A stretch of DNA of 64,000 nt from an uncultured Bacteroidales bacterium (GTDB lineage: Bacteria > Bacteroidota > Bacteroidia > Bacteroidales > VadinHA17). A program made the translations under genes and the position numbers. Of this stretch, positions 45,406 through 58,040 are shown piece by piece (within the stretch, counting starts at the first letter, position 1; every line of letters starts with the position of its first letter). The DNA lies in contig CAVOWZ010000005.1 of assembly GCA_963700275.1 (NCBI GenBank), positions 12,818 to 76,817 of the forward strand, given 5' to 3'. The notes under the pieces are model-generated. The model ran no database searches and was not told where the DNA came from. It worked only from the letters and a program-made list of their open reading frames with translations.

Positions 45406-46536
45406 ATGAAATTTGTAGTCTCCAGCACTGAACTTCTTGGTCATCTTCAGGCTATAAGCAGGGTGATAAGCTCAAAGAATACACTTCCGATCCTGGATAA
45501 TTTTCTCTTTAATTTGTCGGGAAATGATCTGGAAATAACTGCCTCCGATCTTGAGTCGACGCTTATAACCAGGATGAAGCTTGAAAATACCGAAGGGGAT
45601 GGTATAATAGCGCTTCCGGCAAGGATATTGCTGGATACCCTTAAGGAATTTTCGGCACAGCCCCTGACATTTGAGATCAACCTCGAAACGATGGCGGTTG
45701 TACTGAGCTCTGAAAACGGAAAGTTCAATCTGGTGGGGCAGAACGGAATAGATTTTCCTGCTCTTCCTGTCATCAAAAAAGATAAGAAATTTACCTTCAC
45801 GATAAATGCCGAAGTAATGCTGGCCGGAATAACAAAAACACTCTTCGCAACTGCTGATGATGAGCTCAGGCCGGTTATGGGAGGTATTTTTATTGAAGCT
45901 TCAACTGACAGGATCACTTTCGTTGCCTCCGATGCTCATAAGCTTGTAAGATATCAGCGAACTGACGCCCAGGCAGATGATAATGCATCATTTATCCTTC
46001 CGAAGAAACCCGCCTCTCTTCTGAGGAATATTCTTCCGAGGGAGACAGGACCTTTTAAAGTAGAGTTTGATAATAAGAATGCATTTTTCAATCTTAATGA
46101 TTATAAAGTTGTCTGCAGGCTTGTGGAAGGTAACTATCCCAATTATAATTCTGTGATCCCTAAAAACAATCCAAGGAAAATTACAATTGACAGGGTTGAA
46201 TTTTATAATACCCTTAAGAGAGTATCGGTATTCTCCAACCAGGCAAGTAACCTTGTAAAGCTTCAGCTCAAAGGCAACCAGGCAACGGTTTCGGCACAGG
46301 ATATTGACTTTTCAATTTCTGCCAACGAAAGGATAAAATGCCAGTATGATGGTGATGAAATTGAAATAGGCTTCAAATCGGTCTTCCTTCTTGAAATACT
46401 TGCAAACATCTCATCCCAGGATGTTATGATAGAGCTTGCCGATCCGACACGTGCGGGACTCTTTCTTCCTGCTGAAACAGAAAACGCATCGGAAGATCTG
46501 CTGATGCTTCTCATGCCAATGATGATAAATGCCTGA
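45406..46536 (+). CDS. dnaN: DNA polymerase III beta clamp
   Basis: NTLPILDN, ASDLE, RPVMGG, RLVEGNYPNY, LLMPM. Confidence 0.96.
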   Translation: MKFVVSSTELLGHLQAISRVISSKNTLPILDNFLFNLSGNDLEITASDLESTLITRMKLENTEGDGIIALPARILLDTLKEFSAQPLTFEINLETMAVVLSSENGKFNLVGQNGIDFPALPVIKKDKKFTFTINAEVMLAGITKTLFATADDELRPVMGGIFIEASTDRITFVASDAHKLVRYQRTDAQADDNASFILPKKPASLLRNILPRETGPFKVEFDNKNAFFNLNDYKVVCRLVEGNYPNYNSVIPKNNPRKITIDRVEFYNTLKRVSVFSNQASNLVKLQLKGNQATVSAQDIDFSISANERIKCQYDGDEIEIGFKSVFLLEILANISSQDVMIELADPTRAGLFLPAETENASEDLLMLLMPMMINA

Positions 46537-46539
46537 TAG

Positions 46540-47318
46540 TTGGAACTTAAGCTTAAACGTCCGATTGTCTTTATTGACCTCGAAACAACAGGAATAAATG
46601 TTTCGTCTGACCGTATTGTCGAAATCTCAGCGCTGAAGATCAGTCCGAACGGAAACGAGCAGTGGATGACAACACTTGTCAATCCCGAAATGCCTATTCC
46701 TCCGAAAGTTACAGCAATTCATGGGATTTCTGATTCCGATGTGGCAGGGGCTCCTACATTCAGAGAGATCGCAAAGAATCTGACTTCATTTCTTGAAGGA
46801 TGCGACCTTGCAGGTTATAATGCGATGAAATTTGATATCCCGGTTCTTGCTGAAGAGTTCCTCAGAACAAATGTGGATTTCAATTTCAGAAAGAGAAAGA
46901 TATGTTGATGTCCAGGTAATATTTCATAAGAAGGAACAGCGTACACTCGAAGCTGCTATCAGATTCTACTGCAAAAAGGAACTTGAAAATGCTCATAGTG
47001 CAAATGCCGATACTGAAGCAACTTATGAAGTGCTTAAAGCTCAGCTTGATACGTATTCCGATCTTGAAAATGATGTGGATAAGCTTGCGGAATTCAGTTC
47101 ATTCAATAATAATGTCGATTTTGCCGGAAGGATAATTCTTGATGAAAACGGAGTTGAGAATATTCAATTTCGGAAAGCATAAAGGAAGACCTGTTGAAGA
47201 GGTTTTCAGGGAAGAACCTTCATATTATTCATGGATGATGAACGGAGATTTCCCCCTCTATACAAAAAAGATACTTACCGAGATTAAACTCAGGGCTTTC
47301 GGCAATAAACAGGTATAG
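46540..47318 (+). CDS. DEDDh 3'-5' exonuclease (DnaQ-like); split by indels
   Basis: FIDLETTG, GYN..FD, AHSA.ADT, FGKHKG. Confidence 0.88.
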
Positions 47319-47319
47319 G

Positions 47320-47935
47320 ATGAAAATTATCTGTATCGGTCTGAATTACAGAAAACATGCCATTGAAATGGGACGGCCGCTCCCTGATGAGCCTGTTGTA
47401 TTCCTGAAGCCGGATTCTTCAATACTTAAGAAAAAACAAACCATTCTTCCTTCCCGGATTTTCGTCAATGATCCAGTATGAGACGGAGGTTGTACTTAAG
47501 ATAAGCAAACTTGGTAAAAGCATCCCGGCAAAATATGCTCACAGGTATTATGATGAGGTGACAGTGGGAATTGACATTACAGCACGCGATATCCAGAACC
47601 GCAATTCTGCGGCCGGTCTTCCATGGGAATTATCGAAAGGTTTCGACGGCGCAGCTCCCCTTGGCAGATTTATCCCTGTCAGCTCTCGTCCGCGATATGA
47701 AAAATATTGACTTCAGGCTGGAGATAAACGGAAAGATTGTTCAGCAGGGAAATACATCTGATATGATTTTCAGCTTCGATGAGATTATTGAGTACTGTCT
47801 CCCGGTTCTTTACTCTGAAGACAGGAGATCTTATTTTTACCGGTACACCTTCGGGTGTTGGACCCCTGAAAAAAAATGACAACCTCGTTGCATTCCTTGG
47901 GAGATGATCCGCTGCTTGATTTTATGATCAGATAA
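47320..47935 (+). CDS. Fumarylacetoacetate hydrolase family protein; split by indels
   Basis: MKIICIGLNY, FLKPDSS, DITARD.Q, KGFD, TGTPSGVG. Confidence 0.88.
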
Positions 47936-47998
47936 TAATTATTTTCTTATATTTAGCGATCGTTAATATGCTAACCAAAACCAATCTATACAAATATT

Positions 47999-49394
47999 AT
48001 GAAAGAGAAGAAAAAAGGAAACGAGAAGAGAGTTTATTAAAAAATCGGCAGGTGCTGCAGCCCTGCTTTCTATGCCTACCATTATTCCTGCCAGTGTATT
48101 TGGAGCAAACGGTAAGGTATCCCTCGCTGTAATCGGTGTTAACGGAAGAGGTGGAAGTCATATCCAGGGATTTATGAATCTTCCCAATGCTGAAGTAACA
48201 TGCCTGTGCGATTGCGATCTTAATGTTCTGGGGCCAAAGGCAAAAGCATTTGAAACCAGGTATTCCAAGAAGGTTAAGCAGGTGCAGGACCTCAGAGAAG
48301 TCTTCGCGGATAAATCAATTGATGCTGTAAGTATAGCAACACCGAACCACTGGCATGCACTTGCAACAATCTGGGCCTGCCAGGCCGGTAAGGATGTTTA
48401 TGTCGAAAAACCGGGTGCTCATAATATCTATGAAGGCAGGAAAATGGTCGAAGCTGCAACCAAGTATGACCGTATCGTTCAGCATGGAGTCCAGCTTCGC
48501 AGTTCTGTGGCAGTTCAGGAAGCTATCAAACACCTTCGCGACGGTCTTATTGGCAGGGTATATATGGCAAGAGGATTGGTTTTCCGGTGGCGCGGCGATA
48601 TCGGGAAAAAAGGTCCGGGAACTATTCCCCAGGGACTCGATTATGATCTCTGGACAGGACCGGCCGAGATGAAACCATATTCGGAAGACTGGGTTCATTA
48701 TAACTGGCACTGGCAGTGGACCTGGGGCAATGGCGATGTCGGCAACCAGGGAATTCATGAAACGGACCTTTGTATGTGGGGACTTGATGTTGGTTTACCG
48801 GAGGTTATAACAGCCGGAGGTGGCAAATTTGTATTTGACGATGCCAAGGAAACCCCCGAAGTACTTTGTTCAACTTATGCATATCCGAAAGAGAAAAAAT
48901 TCATCGAATTTGAGGTTCGCCCGTGGATGACCAACTCCGAAAACGGTGCTTCCGTTGGTAATATCTTCTACGGAACAGAAGGTTATCTTGTTGTATATAA
49001 TTATGACAGGTACGAATCATTTCTTGGAAGAGATTACAAACCAGGACCATCACGCAGGGAAGGCGGCGATCATTATAAGAATTTCATCGATGCAGTGTTG
49101 GCACACGATAAAAAGATGCTCAATGCACCTGTCGAGACTGCACACCTTTCATCCGCACTGGCTCATCTTGGTAATATTGCATACCGCACAGGACGGACAC
49201 TTAACTTTGATCCGGCTACCGAGAAATTCGTGAAGGATAAAAAAGCAGATAAATACCTTACAGGACCTCCGAGGAAACCATTTATTATTCCGAAAGAAGT
49301 CTGGAGGGTAATTCAATTTGTATTTTACACATACTTGTACTATTTTTATAAGATAATTAAAAACTTGTCGAATGGGAAATTTTGGTGTTACTGA
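47999..49394 (+). CDS. Gfo/Idh/MocA oxidoreductase with Tat-type signal (true stop probably near 49305)
   Basis: [11 protein letters not shown] in a shifted 5' frame; [31 protein letters not shown]. Confidence 0.88.
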
Positions 49395-49536
49395 AATCGT
49401 TTTAATATTGCTGGTGGTGGTGCTTTTGTTTGGAGGACGCAAGATACCGGAGTTGATGAAAGGCCTTGGACAGGGAATGAAGGAATTCAAGAAGGCTTCA
49501 AAGGTCGAGGATGAGCCTGATAAAGATGAGAGCTGA
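49372..49536 (+). CDS. tatA: Twin-arginine translocase TatA/TatE (54 aa; missing from the ORF track)
   Basis: [42 protein letters not shown]. Confidence 0.93.
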   Translation: MGNFGVTEIVLILLVVVLLFGGRKIPELMKGLGQGMKEFKKASKVEDEPDKDES

Positions 49537-49587
49537 AGAAAAGTCAGAAACAAAAGAGTAATAACCGGTGATTTCCGGATTGTCTTA

Positions 49588-51189
49588 TTAATCTGTAACA
49601 ATATACCGTGGAGGCTTTCTGTGGCGGGTAACTTGTTCGTAGCTGTATGCAATCTCAATAAGTACAGGTTCGCTCCAGGCTCTGCCAAAAAATGTAATGC
49701 CCACAGGCAGTTCATTCACAAATCCCATAGGAACAGTGATAGCCGGGTATCCGGCTATTGCCGCAAGGGATGAACTCCCTCCGACAAAATGATCTCCGAG
49801 TATAAGGTCGGTTTTCCATGCCGGTGATCCAGTAGGAGCTATCAGCGCATCTAGATTATTGGTATTCATCATTTTATCAATGCCTTCTTCGCGTGTGGCT
49901 TTAAGCATTTTTTCAAGTGCATTTATATATTCGGCAGAATTCAGATCACCCTTTTTCTCAGCTTCGATAAGGATATTCTGATCAAAATATTTCAGCTCAA
50001 CGCTGTCGTTCCTGTTAAATTCAATAAGATCCTTAAGGCTTTTAACGGGAGCATCATCCCAAGACGCGGCGAAATACTTATTCAATCCGTCCCTGAATTC
50101 ATAAAGCATAACCTGATATGAAGGTCCACCATATTCTCTTCCCGCTGGTGCCTCGACTTCAATAATTTCGGCTCCTGCAGCTTTCATGTCTTTTACTGCA
50201 ATTACCATAAGAGTATCTACCCGGTCGAAATATCCCCCGGAATTTTTAATCAATCCGATCCTTTTTCCTTTTAGTCCCTCTGCAATAAGGTATTTTGAAT
50301 AATCAGTCATTGATTTGCCTTCAGAAGCAATAGTTTTAGCATCTGTCGGATCGACTCCTGTCATTGCCCCCAGGCAGATAGCTGCATCCTCAACTGTCCT
50401 TGCCATGGGCCGGGCGTATCCTGTGAAAAAGAGATTGGAATAATGCCGGTCCTGCTGAGAAGGCCGACTGTTGGCTTGATCCCTACGATTCCATTATTAT
50501 TGGACGGACAAACTATTGAGCCGTTTGTTTCAGTACCTATTGCCACCATGCAGAGATTTGCCGAAACAGCAACTCCTGATCCGGAACTTGATCCGCAGGG
50601 ATTTCTGTCGAGGATATATGGATTTTTTGTCTGACCTCCGACCCCGCTCCAGCCGCTGGATGATGTCTCTGCCCTGAAATTGGCCCACTCACTGAGATTC
50701 GCTTTGGCAATTATTACTGCGCCTGCTTCCCTGAGTTTCCTGGCAATGAAACTGTCGGTATCCGCAAATGAAGCAGCAAGGGCATTCGAACCTGCAGTTG
50801 TGGGCATCTTGTCGCCTGTATCAATATTGTCTTTCAGTATGAACAGGAATTCCATGCAAAGGACCCCTGAGGTTTCCTGCTTTCATTTCAATGTCAAGCT
50901 CTCCTGCAATCTGCAAGTGCATCAGGGATTTACGATTATTATAGAATTTAGTTCTGGCCCTGACATATCAATCTCATTTATCCTGTCAAGATATGTCTTT
51001 ACCACATCTGTTATGGTGAATTTACCTTCCATGGTAACCCTGCCGGAGTTTGGTAATTGTCATTTCCTCAATCCAGGCATTTGCTTCAGCTTCTCCTGGT
51101 TTGTTTTATTTACGGGTGCCTGGCATGCAAGTAATAAACAGTACCATTGCTGAAGAAAATGCAGTGTATTTTAAAAAACGGCTCTTCAT
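49588..51189 (-). CDS. Amidase signature family protein; split by indels
   Basis: LKDNID, KANLSEWA, GSSSGS, GTETNGSI, GYPAITVP. Confidence 0.9.
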
Positions 51190-51344
51190 GTTTTTCTGAA
51201 TTTATTTGAAAGATATTATTCTGTTAAAGGTAAAATTATTATTTATTCGTCAATTTTAATATATTTGTTATATGCGTATTTAAACCGGGTTATTTCTTAA
51301 TGCATGCGGAATTAGAAATAATTTATTACCGGTCAGATGACTGC

Positions 51345-52434
51345 ATGACAATGAATAACATCTATCTTAAATTGCTGAATATGGCTCCGGCTATAAAGAA
51401 TCCGGTACTTGCAACAGTTACCGGGGCCGAGGGATCAACTCCTCAGAAACCCGGCAGTTCAGCAATTTTCGGAAACGGCGGCGCTTATCACAGGGACTGT
51501 CGGCGGAGGAGGTTACGAAGGACGGACACAGGAATTTGCTTTGGAATATTCACTGACAAAAGAATCACATTATTTTCATTACCAGCTCGATAAAAATGTG
51601 ACAGATCCTGAAGAGGCTATCTGCGGTGGAACGGTAACAATTTTAATTGATGCAGATCCTCTTGCTCATCTGTCAGTATTTTCCAGGATCGCTAAAAGCA
51701 TGTCTGAAAGGGAAGCGGGTGTTCTTATAACAAAAGTTTCGGAAAAGGAGGAACCTGGTTGTGGTTATAGATCGTTACTGGATTACCGGAAAAATACGAC
51801 CGGATTTGCCCGCAATCTGTAACCGAAAAGATTGAACCGGTTTTATCAATGAAATATTATCCTCACAGGGATCTGATGAATACAGAATGGTTGAAATTTT
51901 AATCCCCGGAGAAAGAGAAGCATCAGCTTTTTTCCTTGAGCCTGTTTCTCCTTTACCCGAGCTGATAATTGCAGGTGCAGGGCATATTGGTAAAGCATTG
52001 TCGCATCTCGGAAAACTTATCGGATTCGAAGTGACCGTTATTGATAACCGCAGCGAATATGCTAATAATTATAACTTGCCTGATGCCGATCATATTATTG
52101 TTGAAAGATATCGGCAAGGCTGTTGAAGGCATTGATAAACATGGAGATACATACATTGTCATTGTAACACGTGGACACAGCGATGATGCAGTAGCGCTCA
52201 AACCATGCATCGGAACAAAAGCAGGATATGTCGGGATGATCGGGAGCAAAGCTAAAGTTGCAAAGATGCATTCCGATTTTATCAGCAAGGGCTGGGCGAC
52301 GGAAGATCAATGGAAAAGAATTTCATGCTCCGATAGGTCTGGAAATCAAATCGAAGACAATTGAAGAGATAGCGGTGAGCATAGCCGCCCAATTGGTGAT
52401 GGTGAGGAATAGCAAGAAGAGGGGTCAGGAATAA
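51345..52434 (+). CDS. XdhC/CoxI family Moco-insertion chaperone; split by indels
   Basis: GSTPQKPG, GTVGGG, ICGG, GAGHIG, TRGH..D, YVGMIGS, APIGL..EEIA.SI. Confidence 0.87.
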
Positions 52435-52443
52435 TCGTTAAAG

Positions 52444-52583
52444 ATTGCTTCGTCCCGCTTTTATACACCGGAGGTTTAGCGAAGGCGTACGGCGGGACTC
52501 GCAATGACGGTAACTACTAAGGTTGTTCTGGAGTGAACGAAAAGGATTGCTTCGTCCCGCATGCAGCGGACTCGCAATGACGG
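52444..52583. repeat. Two direct copies of a GATTGCTTCGTCCCGC...GACTCGCAATGACGG REP-like unit
   Basis: Copies at ~52444-52511 and ~52545-52583. Confidence 0.7.
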
Positions 52584-52620
52584 TGCACGTTATTTAACCA
52601 AGTAATTTACGAAAAACGGG

Positions 52621-53269
52621 ATGTCAGAGATACATGCGATAATACTTGCAGCCGGAGGGTCGGTGAGGATGGGAGCAAGAAAGATGCTTCTTCCTTACCG
52701 GGGGATGACAATAATTGAAAAGGTCATTGAAATTGTTCTGAAGTCAGGAATTGAAGGATCATTGTTGTTACAGGATCGGGAAAGGAAGAGATTACAAAAG
52801 TGATAAGACGTTTACCGGTAGAACAATGCTATAATGATAACTGGAAAAAGGTATGCTCTCGTCGGTAAAATGTGGATTCAGATCACTTCCTGAAACATGC
52901 GGGCTGCAATTGATATTCCTGGGTGACCAGCCTATGATAGATGCGGAAACAATTGAAGAGATTACTTATGCATACCATAAATCGGGTAAAGGGATAATAA
53001 TGCCAGCTTATAAAAAGAAGAGGGGACATCCTTTGCTGATCGATACAAAATATTCTGATGAGCTGGAAAAACTTAATCCTGATGAAGGATTGCGCATGCT
53101 CGCTCATAAATTCCCGGTTGATGTTCTTGAAGTTGAAACTGATGATCCGGCAATTCTGAAAGACATAGATACACCTGAAGATTACAGAAATGAATTAAAT
53201 CAAAAGAATGAATATGGAAGAAAAATTGAGCTTTACCTTAAACGGGAAAAAGACGGAAGTCCTGATTGA
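52621..53269 (+). CDS. Molybdenum cofactor cytidylyltransferase (MocA-like); split by indels
   Basis: ILAAGGS.RMG..KMLL, LGDQP, GHP, DIDTPEDY. Confidence 0.85.
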
Positions 53270-53691
53270 TACGTCACAAACCCTGCTCTGGGTTTTACGG
53301 AATCATTTCGGGCTAACCGGAACAAAGTACGGCTGTGGGAACGGATTCTGCGGAGCCTGCACTGTGCTTATTGACAATGAGCCAGTAAGATCGTGCCAGA
53401 TACCGGTCAGTGATGTTGCCGGAAAAAATGTCGTTACAATTGAAGGCCTTGAAAAGAAAGGCAAACTTCACCCGGTACAGAAAGCATTTATTGATCACGA
53501 AGCTCTGCAGTGCGGATTCTGTACACCCGGAATGATACTTACTGCTGTCAGGGCTGCTGACGAAAAATCCTTCCCCTACAAAACAACAAATTATTGATGG
53601 TATGGAAGACAATCTGTGCCGTTGCGGGGCTCATAACAGGATAATTGATGCAATTGAAACAGCTGCTAAAGAAATGAAAGGAGGGAAGTAA
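53214..53691 (+). CDS. (2Fe-2S) small subunit of molybdo-hydroxylase (CoxS/IorA-like); one indel
   Basis: GTKYGCGNGFCGACTV, QCGFCTPG, NLCRCG. Confidence 0.92.
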
Positions 53692-53693
53692 CC

Positions 53694-55846
53694 ATGAAAG
53701 AAAAAGAAAAAACATCCGCTGAAACCATTACTAATGGTGAAAGGAACGGTATGAAGAGAAGAAGCTTTGTAAAACTTCTTGGAGGCGGGATATTTATTAT
53801 TTTCCGTCCATGGAACGCTCTGGACCTGTTGTCTCCGCTCCCGCAGGAGAGAAGAACCCTGACAAAAGACTATAATGCTTTTCTCCATATCCAGCCCGAT
53901 GGAATGATTACATGTTATACCGGCAAGATCGAGATGGGGCAGGGTATAATAACCTCTCTTCCGATGATGATGGCTGATGAACTCAATGTGCCCATTGAAA
54001 AGATTAAGATGGTAATGGGTGATACGGAACTTTGTCCTTATGATGCAGGTACATGGGGTTCGCAGACTACCCAGACATTTGGTCCTGCAATGAGGGCAGC
54101 TCTTGCCGAAGCCAGGAGCGTATTGCTTGATATGGCAGCTGTTCAGTTGGGTGTTCCTGTTTCACGCCTCGAAGTTAAAGATGGAATTATCATAGATAAA
54201 TCGGATCCGAAGAAAAAATTGAGCTATGCCCAGCTGGCAAAAGGTAAAAAGCTTGAAAAGTATCTTGACGTAAAACCTCCGGTGGAAGATTATACTAAGT
54301 TTACTTATGTTGCAAAGCCATACATGAAGGTCGATTCATATGAAAAAGTGACTGGAAAGGCAAAATATACAGGCGATCTTAAACTCCCGGGAATGGTACA
54401 TGCAAGGATATTGAGACCTCCGTCACATGGAGCAAAACTGACCTCAGCCGATGTTTCAGCTGCTGAAAAGATTGATGGTGTAAAAGTGGTAAGAGATGGC
54501 GATTTTATTGCTGTCATAAGTGAAAACCGTGACAAGGTTGATGAGGCTATTGTTAAGATCAAAGCTGAATATTCATTTGATGAACTGAAGGTAAATGATA
54601 AAACAGTCTTTGACAGGATGCTAAGTGTAAAATCTGCATCCAATGTGGTCAGAAATGCAGGGGATATTGATGCCGGATATAAACTTTCGGATAAAGTCTT
54701 TGAAAATGAATATGTTGATCCTTACCTTGCACATGCACCGATAGAAACACATACAGCTCTGGCCAGATTCGAAGGGGATAAGGTTACTGTATGGGCAGCT
54801 ACCCAGACTCCTTTCGGACTCCAGGATGGAATTGTAAGTACTCTTGGTATGCCCCGGGAAAAAGTACGGGTCATAACACCATTTGTCGGAGGAGGATTTG
54901 GAGGGAAAACTGCATTTCAACAGGGTATTGAAGCAGTAAGACTGGCAAAACTGACTGGTAAACCTGTGATGCTTGCATGGACTCGTGAAGAGGAGTTTTT
55001 TATGATAATTTCCATTCTGCAGGTGTGATTAAAATAAATTCAGGAATTGACAAGTCGGGAAAGATTACATTCTGGGATTATCATGTATGGTATTCGGGCA
55101 CAAGGGGTTCAGACACAATCTATGATGTTCCGAATGCAAGGACCACAAGTTACAGTCAGATGAAGAATGAGCCACCTGTTCATCCGTTCAGTACCGGACC
55201 ATGGCGTGCACCCAATAATAATACAAATACATTTGCCAGGGAGGTCACAGATTGATATAATGGCATCAAAAGCAGGGATCGATCCTCTTGAATTCAGGTT
55301 AATGAACCTGAAGGATGAGAAGATGATCGATTGCCTTAAAGCTGCTGCTGAAAAATTTGGCTACAAACCTGCCAAGGGTCCCAGCGGAAGAGGAATAGGA
55401 ATAGCCTGCGGCCATGATGCAGGTACCTGGGTTGCAGAGATAGCCGAAGTAAAAGTTGATAAAAGTACCGGGAAGGTTCAGGTCGTAAGAATTGTTTGTG
55501 CCCAGGATATGGGATTGTGTGTTAATCCGCAGGGAGCATTGCTCCAGATGGAAGGGTGTGTCAATATGGGACTGGGATATACCTTTACCGAAGAAGTATT
55601 CTTTGAAGGAGGCAATATTCTGACCCGGGGTTTCGATACTATGAAATACCACGCTTCTCGTGGATACCAAAAATCGATTGCGTTATCCTGGACCGGAACG
55701 ATAAACCACCAAAGGGTGGGGGAGAACCTGCAATTATTGCTGTAGGAGCTGCTGTCGCAAATGCCATATTTGATGCAACCGGTGCAAGAATGTACAGGAT
55801 GCCGATGACACCGGCAAGAGTGCTGAATGCTATTAAAAAGGCATAA
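53694..55846 (+). CDS. Molybdopterin-binding large subunit (IorB-like); split by indels
   Basis: RRSFVK, EMGQG, KVTGKAKY, GGGFGGK, WRAP, GGGEPA, ANAIFDATG. Confidence 0.9.
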
Positions 55847-55882
55847 CGGCGCAACGGCGCGATGGCATGAAGGGATTAGTAA

Positions 55883-55996
55883 GTGGGAGACTAAGAGACT
55901 AAGGATGAGACTCAAGAGAGACTCAGGAGACTGAGAGACTGAGAGACTAGGACTAAGGGACTAAGAGACTGAGAGACTTAGAGACCGTAGGACCTA
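55883..55996. repeat. GAGACT(A/G/C)-based short tandem repeat tract
   Basis: About a dozen imperfect 8-mers between convergent genes. Confidence 0.75.
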
Positions 55997-56545
55997 GTAG
56001 ATAAACAGGAATATGAGGGGGAGTATTATCCCGATAATTGTAAGGATGGCTCCTCTCCTTGTTATTCCGTTCCTGCCTTTTATTATAAAAAGGCCGGTGA
56101 TAGTTACCAATATAAGGGCTACGCAGAAAATATCACTGAAATACTTCCACCATCTGCCCGGATTATAGTGAAGAAAATTGATCTGGTAGAACAGGGGTCT
56201 TTTGCTGATTCGTTCAACGACTCCCTGTCCGTTCAGGGTATTGATCCGTACTGATCCGCCATCGATGAATATTGTAAGCAGATGTCCCTGAAGGAAAATA
56301 CCATGTTTTATACCCGGGATTGCCCGGTACTTTTTCAAGGATTTGAGTAACAAGGTCCTCATTGAGAGTTTCCCTGGTGATGACCAGGCTGGTAGAGAAC
56401 TCCTTATTGTCAATTATATAATTGGGATTCCAGTCATGTTTATGGTTTAAGGCAATACCGGAAAGGGCATAAATGATCGTCATCCCTGCAATAAGATATC
56501 CCGATATCGCGATGGGTGATCCTGTTAAGCTTTTGAAAAATTCAT
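55994..56545 (-). CDS. PepSY-associated TM helix protein; split by indels
   Basis: HRDIGY, IYALSGIALNH..DWNP, LHYNP..WW.YFSD. Confidence 0.8.
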
Positions 56546-56604
56546 CGTTATGAAATTAAAAAGGTCAGTTTTATAGCTGACCTTAAGAAGGAAATCACGG
56601 GACT

Positions 56605-57109
56605 TATTTATTTTACCACAGAATGTGTATTATAAACCATCATTAGGTCAGCGAGAACAGCCTGGCCGGCAACTGCTTTCTCAGTTGCGCATTCCTCTGC
56701 ATTTGCGGAAGCGGGTTGTTACACCCTCTGCAGCTTCATTCCCTTACCCGGTTGTTCAGTACCCGATTCAATTTTTATGAGTTTCCCCTGTACCTTAACT
56801 TCACTGCCGAGTAATTCGGTAGGGAAATTTGGGCATCTCTTCACCTGCCTGAATATATAATCTGATGTCGGGATTCTTACCGGTTATAAATAACTTTTTC
56901 CCGCTATGCATACATACATGAACAACTTTCCCTTCAACACTGATTACTTTTCCGATATACTCGCCGGGATTTTCAGTCAGTGCTGAAAATTCAACCTTTA
57001 TTGGCCCGGAAGTTCCGTCTGCTTTTGAGGAATTCTCTTTTTGACCTGAGTTGCTGCACGAGGCTAATATCAGCGCTGCAAAAGACAACGAAATAAGCTT
57101 TCTTATCAT
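56605..57109 (-). CDS. Hypothetical lipoprotein (OB-fold-like); split by indels
   Basis: Lipobox LASC and VEGKVVHVC.HSGKK. The 3' end is approximate. Confidence 0.6.
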
Positions 57110-57395
57110 ATTATTCAAATCTTTAAGTAAAACTGGTTTTAATAATTTAGGCTGGTAAAAATAGCAATAATGTTTGAATAATCAACTTGTACAGCTCACC
57201 ACTGAGTGACTTGGTGTCCTGGTACCTTCGTGGCAGAAGGAGATGCCACAAAGGCACAAAGGCACTAAGATTCACAAAATCAATACATTAATAACTTATC
57301 TATACAACGCTTTATTTAATAATATAATTATGATGGAATATATGTCTTTGATTTATTGTCTATACAGATATTACCAACCAATTAATTATTAAAAT

Positions 57396-57941
57396 ATGAA
57401 TACAAACGTTAAAAATCTGAAGACCATGTTATCAGTGACGATAATTCTGGCCTTTCTCATCATGCCTTTCACAGTAAACGGACAGACCGGCAAAGCAAAT
57501 TTCTCAGGGACATGGGCATTAAATGCAGAAAAGAGTACATTTGGACAGGGAGCTGGCGCTCCCGGTGGGCAGGCTACGCAGGGACAGGGACAACGAGGCG
57601 GTTTTGGAGGCGGTAATTTTGTTGCAAAGCAGGAAGCCAATCTCCTTACTGTCGAAAGAACAAGGGGTGATCAGACCGTTACATCAAAATACACCCTCGA
57701 TGGAAAAGAGAGTGTCAATTCCACAGGCAGGGGTGAAAGCAAATCAACTGCCACATGGTCAGCAGACGGTAAAACACTGACAATTGTTACCACACGCACA
57801 TTTGAACGCGACGGACAGAGTAGAACAATGAAAACCACAGAAACATGGACACTCACAAGTCCTTCTGTCCTGACAGTCGTTTCAACATCCTCAACGCCCA
57901 ACGGAGAAAGAAAGACGACGATGGTCTATGATAAGAAGTAA
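57396..57941 (+). CDS. Hypothetical secreted beta-rich protein with Gly-rich insert
   Basis: Signal peptide, NFSGTW.LN..KS, YTLDGKE, VYDKK. Confidence 0.75.
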   Translation: MNTNVKNLKTMLSVTIILAFLIMPFTVNGQTGKANFSGTWALNAEKSTFGQGAGAPGGQATQGQGQRGGFGGGNFVAKQEANLLTVERTRGDQTVTSKYTLDGKESVNSTGRGESKSTATWSADGKTLTIVTTRTFERDGQSRTMKTTETWTLTSPSVLTVVSTSSTPNGERKTTMVYDKK

Positions 57942-57967
57942 TTTCCAGAGGTTCAGATCAGAAACAG

Positions 57968-58004
57968 AAGAAGGGCTCTTACCTGAGTCCTTCTCTCTTT
58001 TTTA
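57968..58004 (+). terminator. Intrinsic terminator
   Basis: GAAGGGCTC-TTACCT-GAGTCCTTC followed by a T-run. Confidence 0.7.
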
Positions 58005-58040
58005 CTTTGTTGGTATCAGAAATGCCTGAAAGAACTTACC

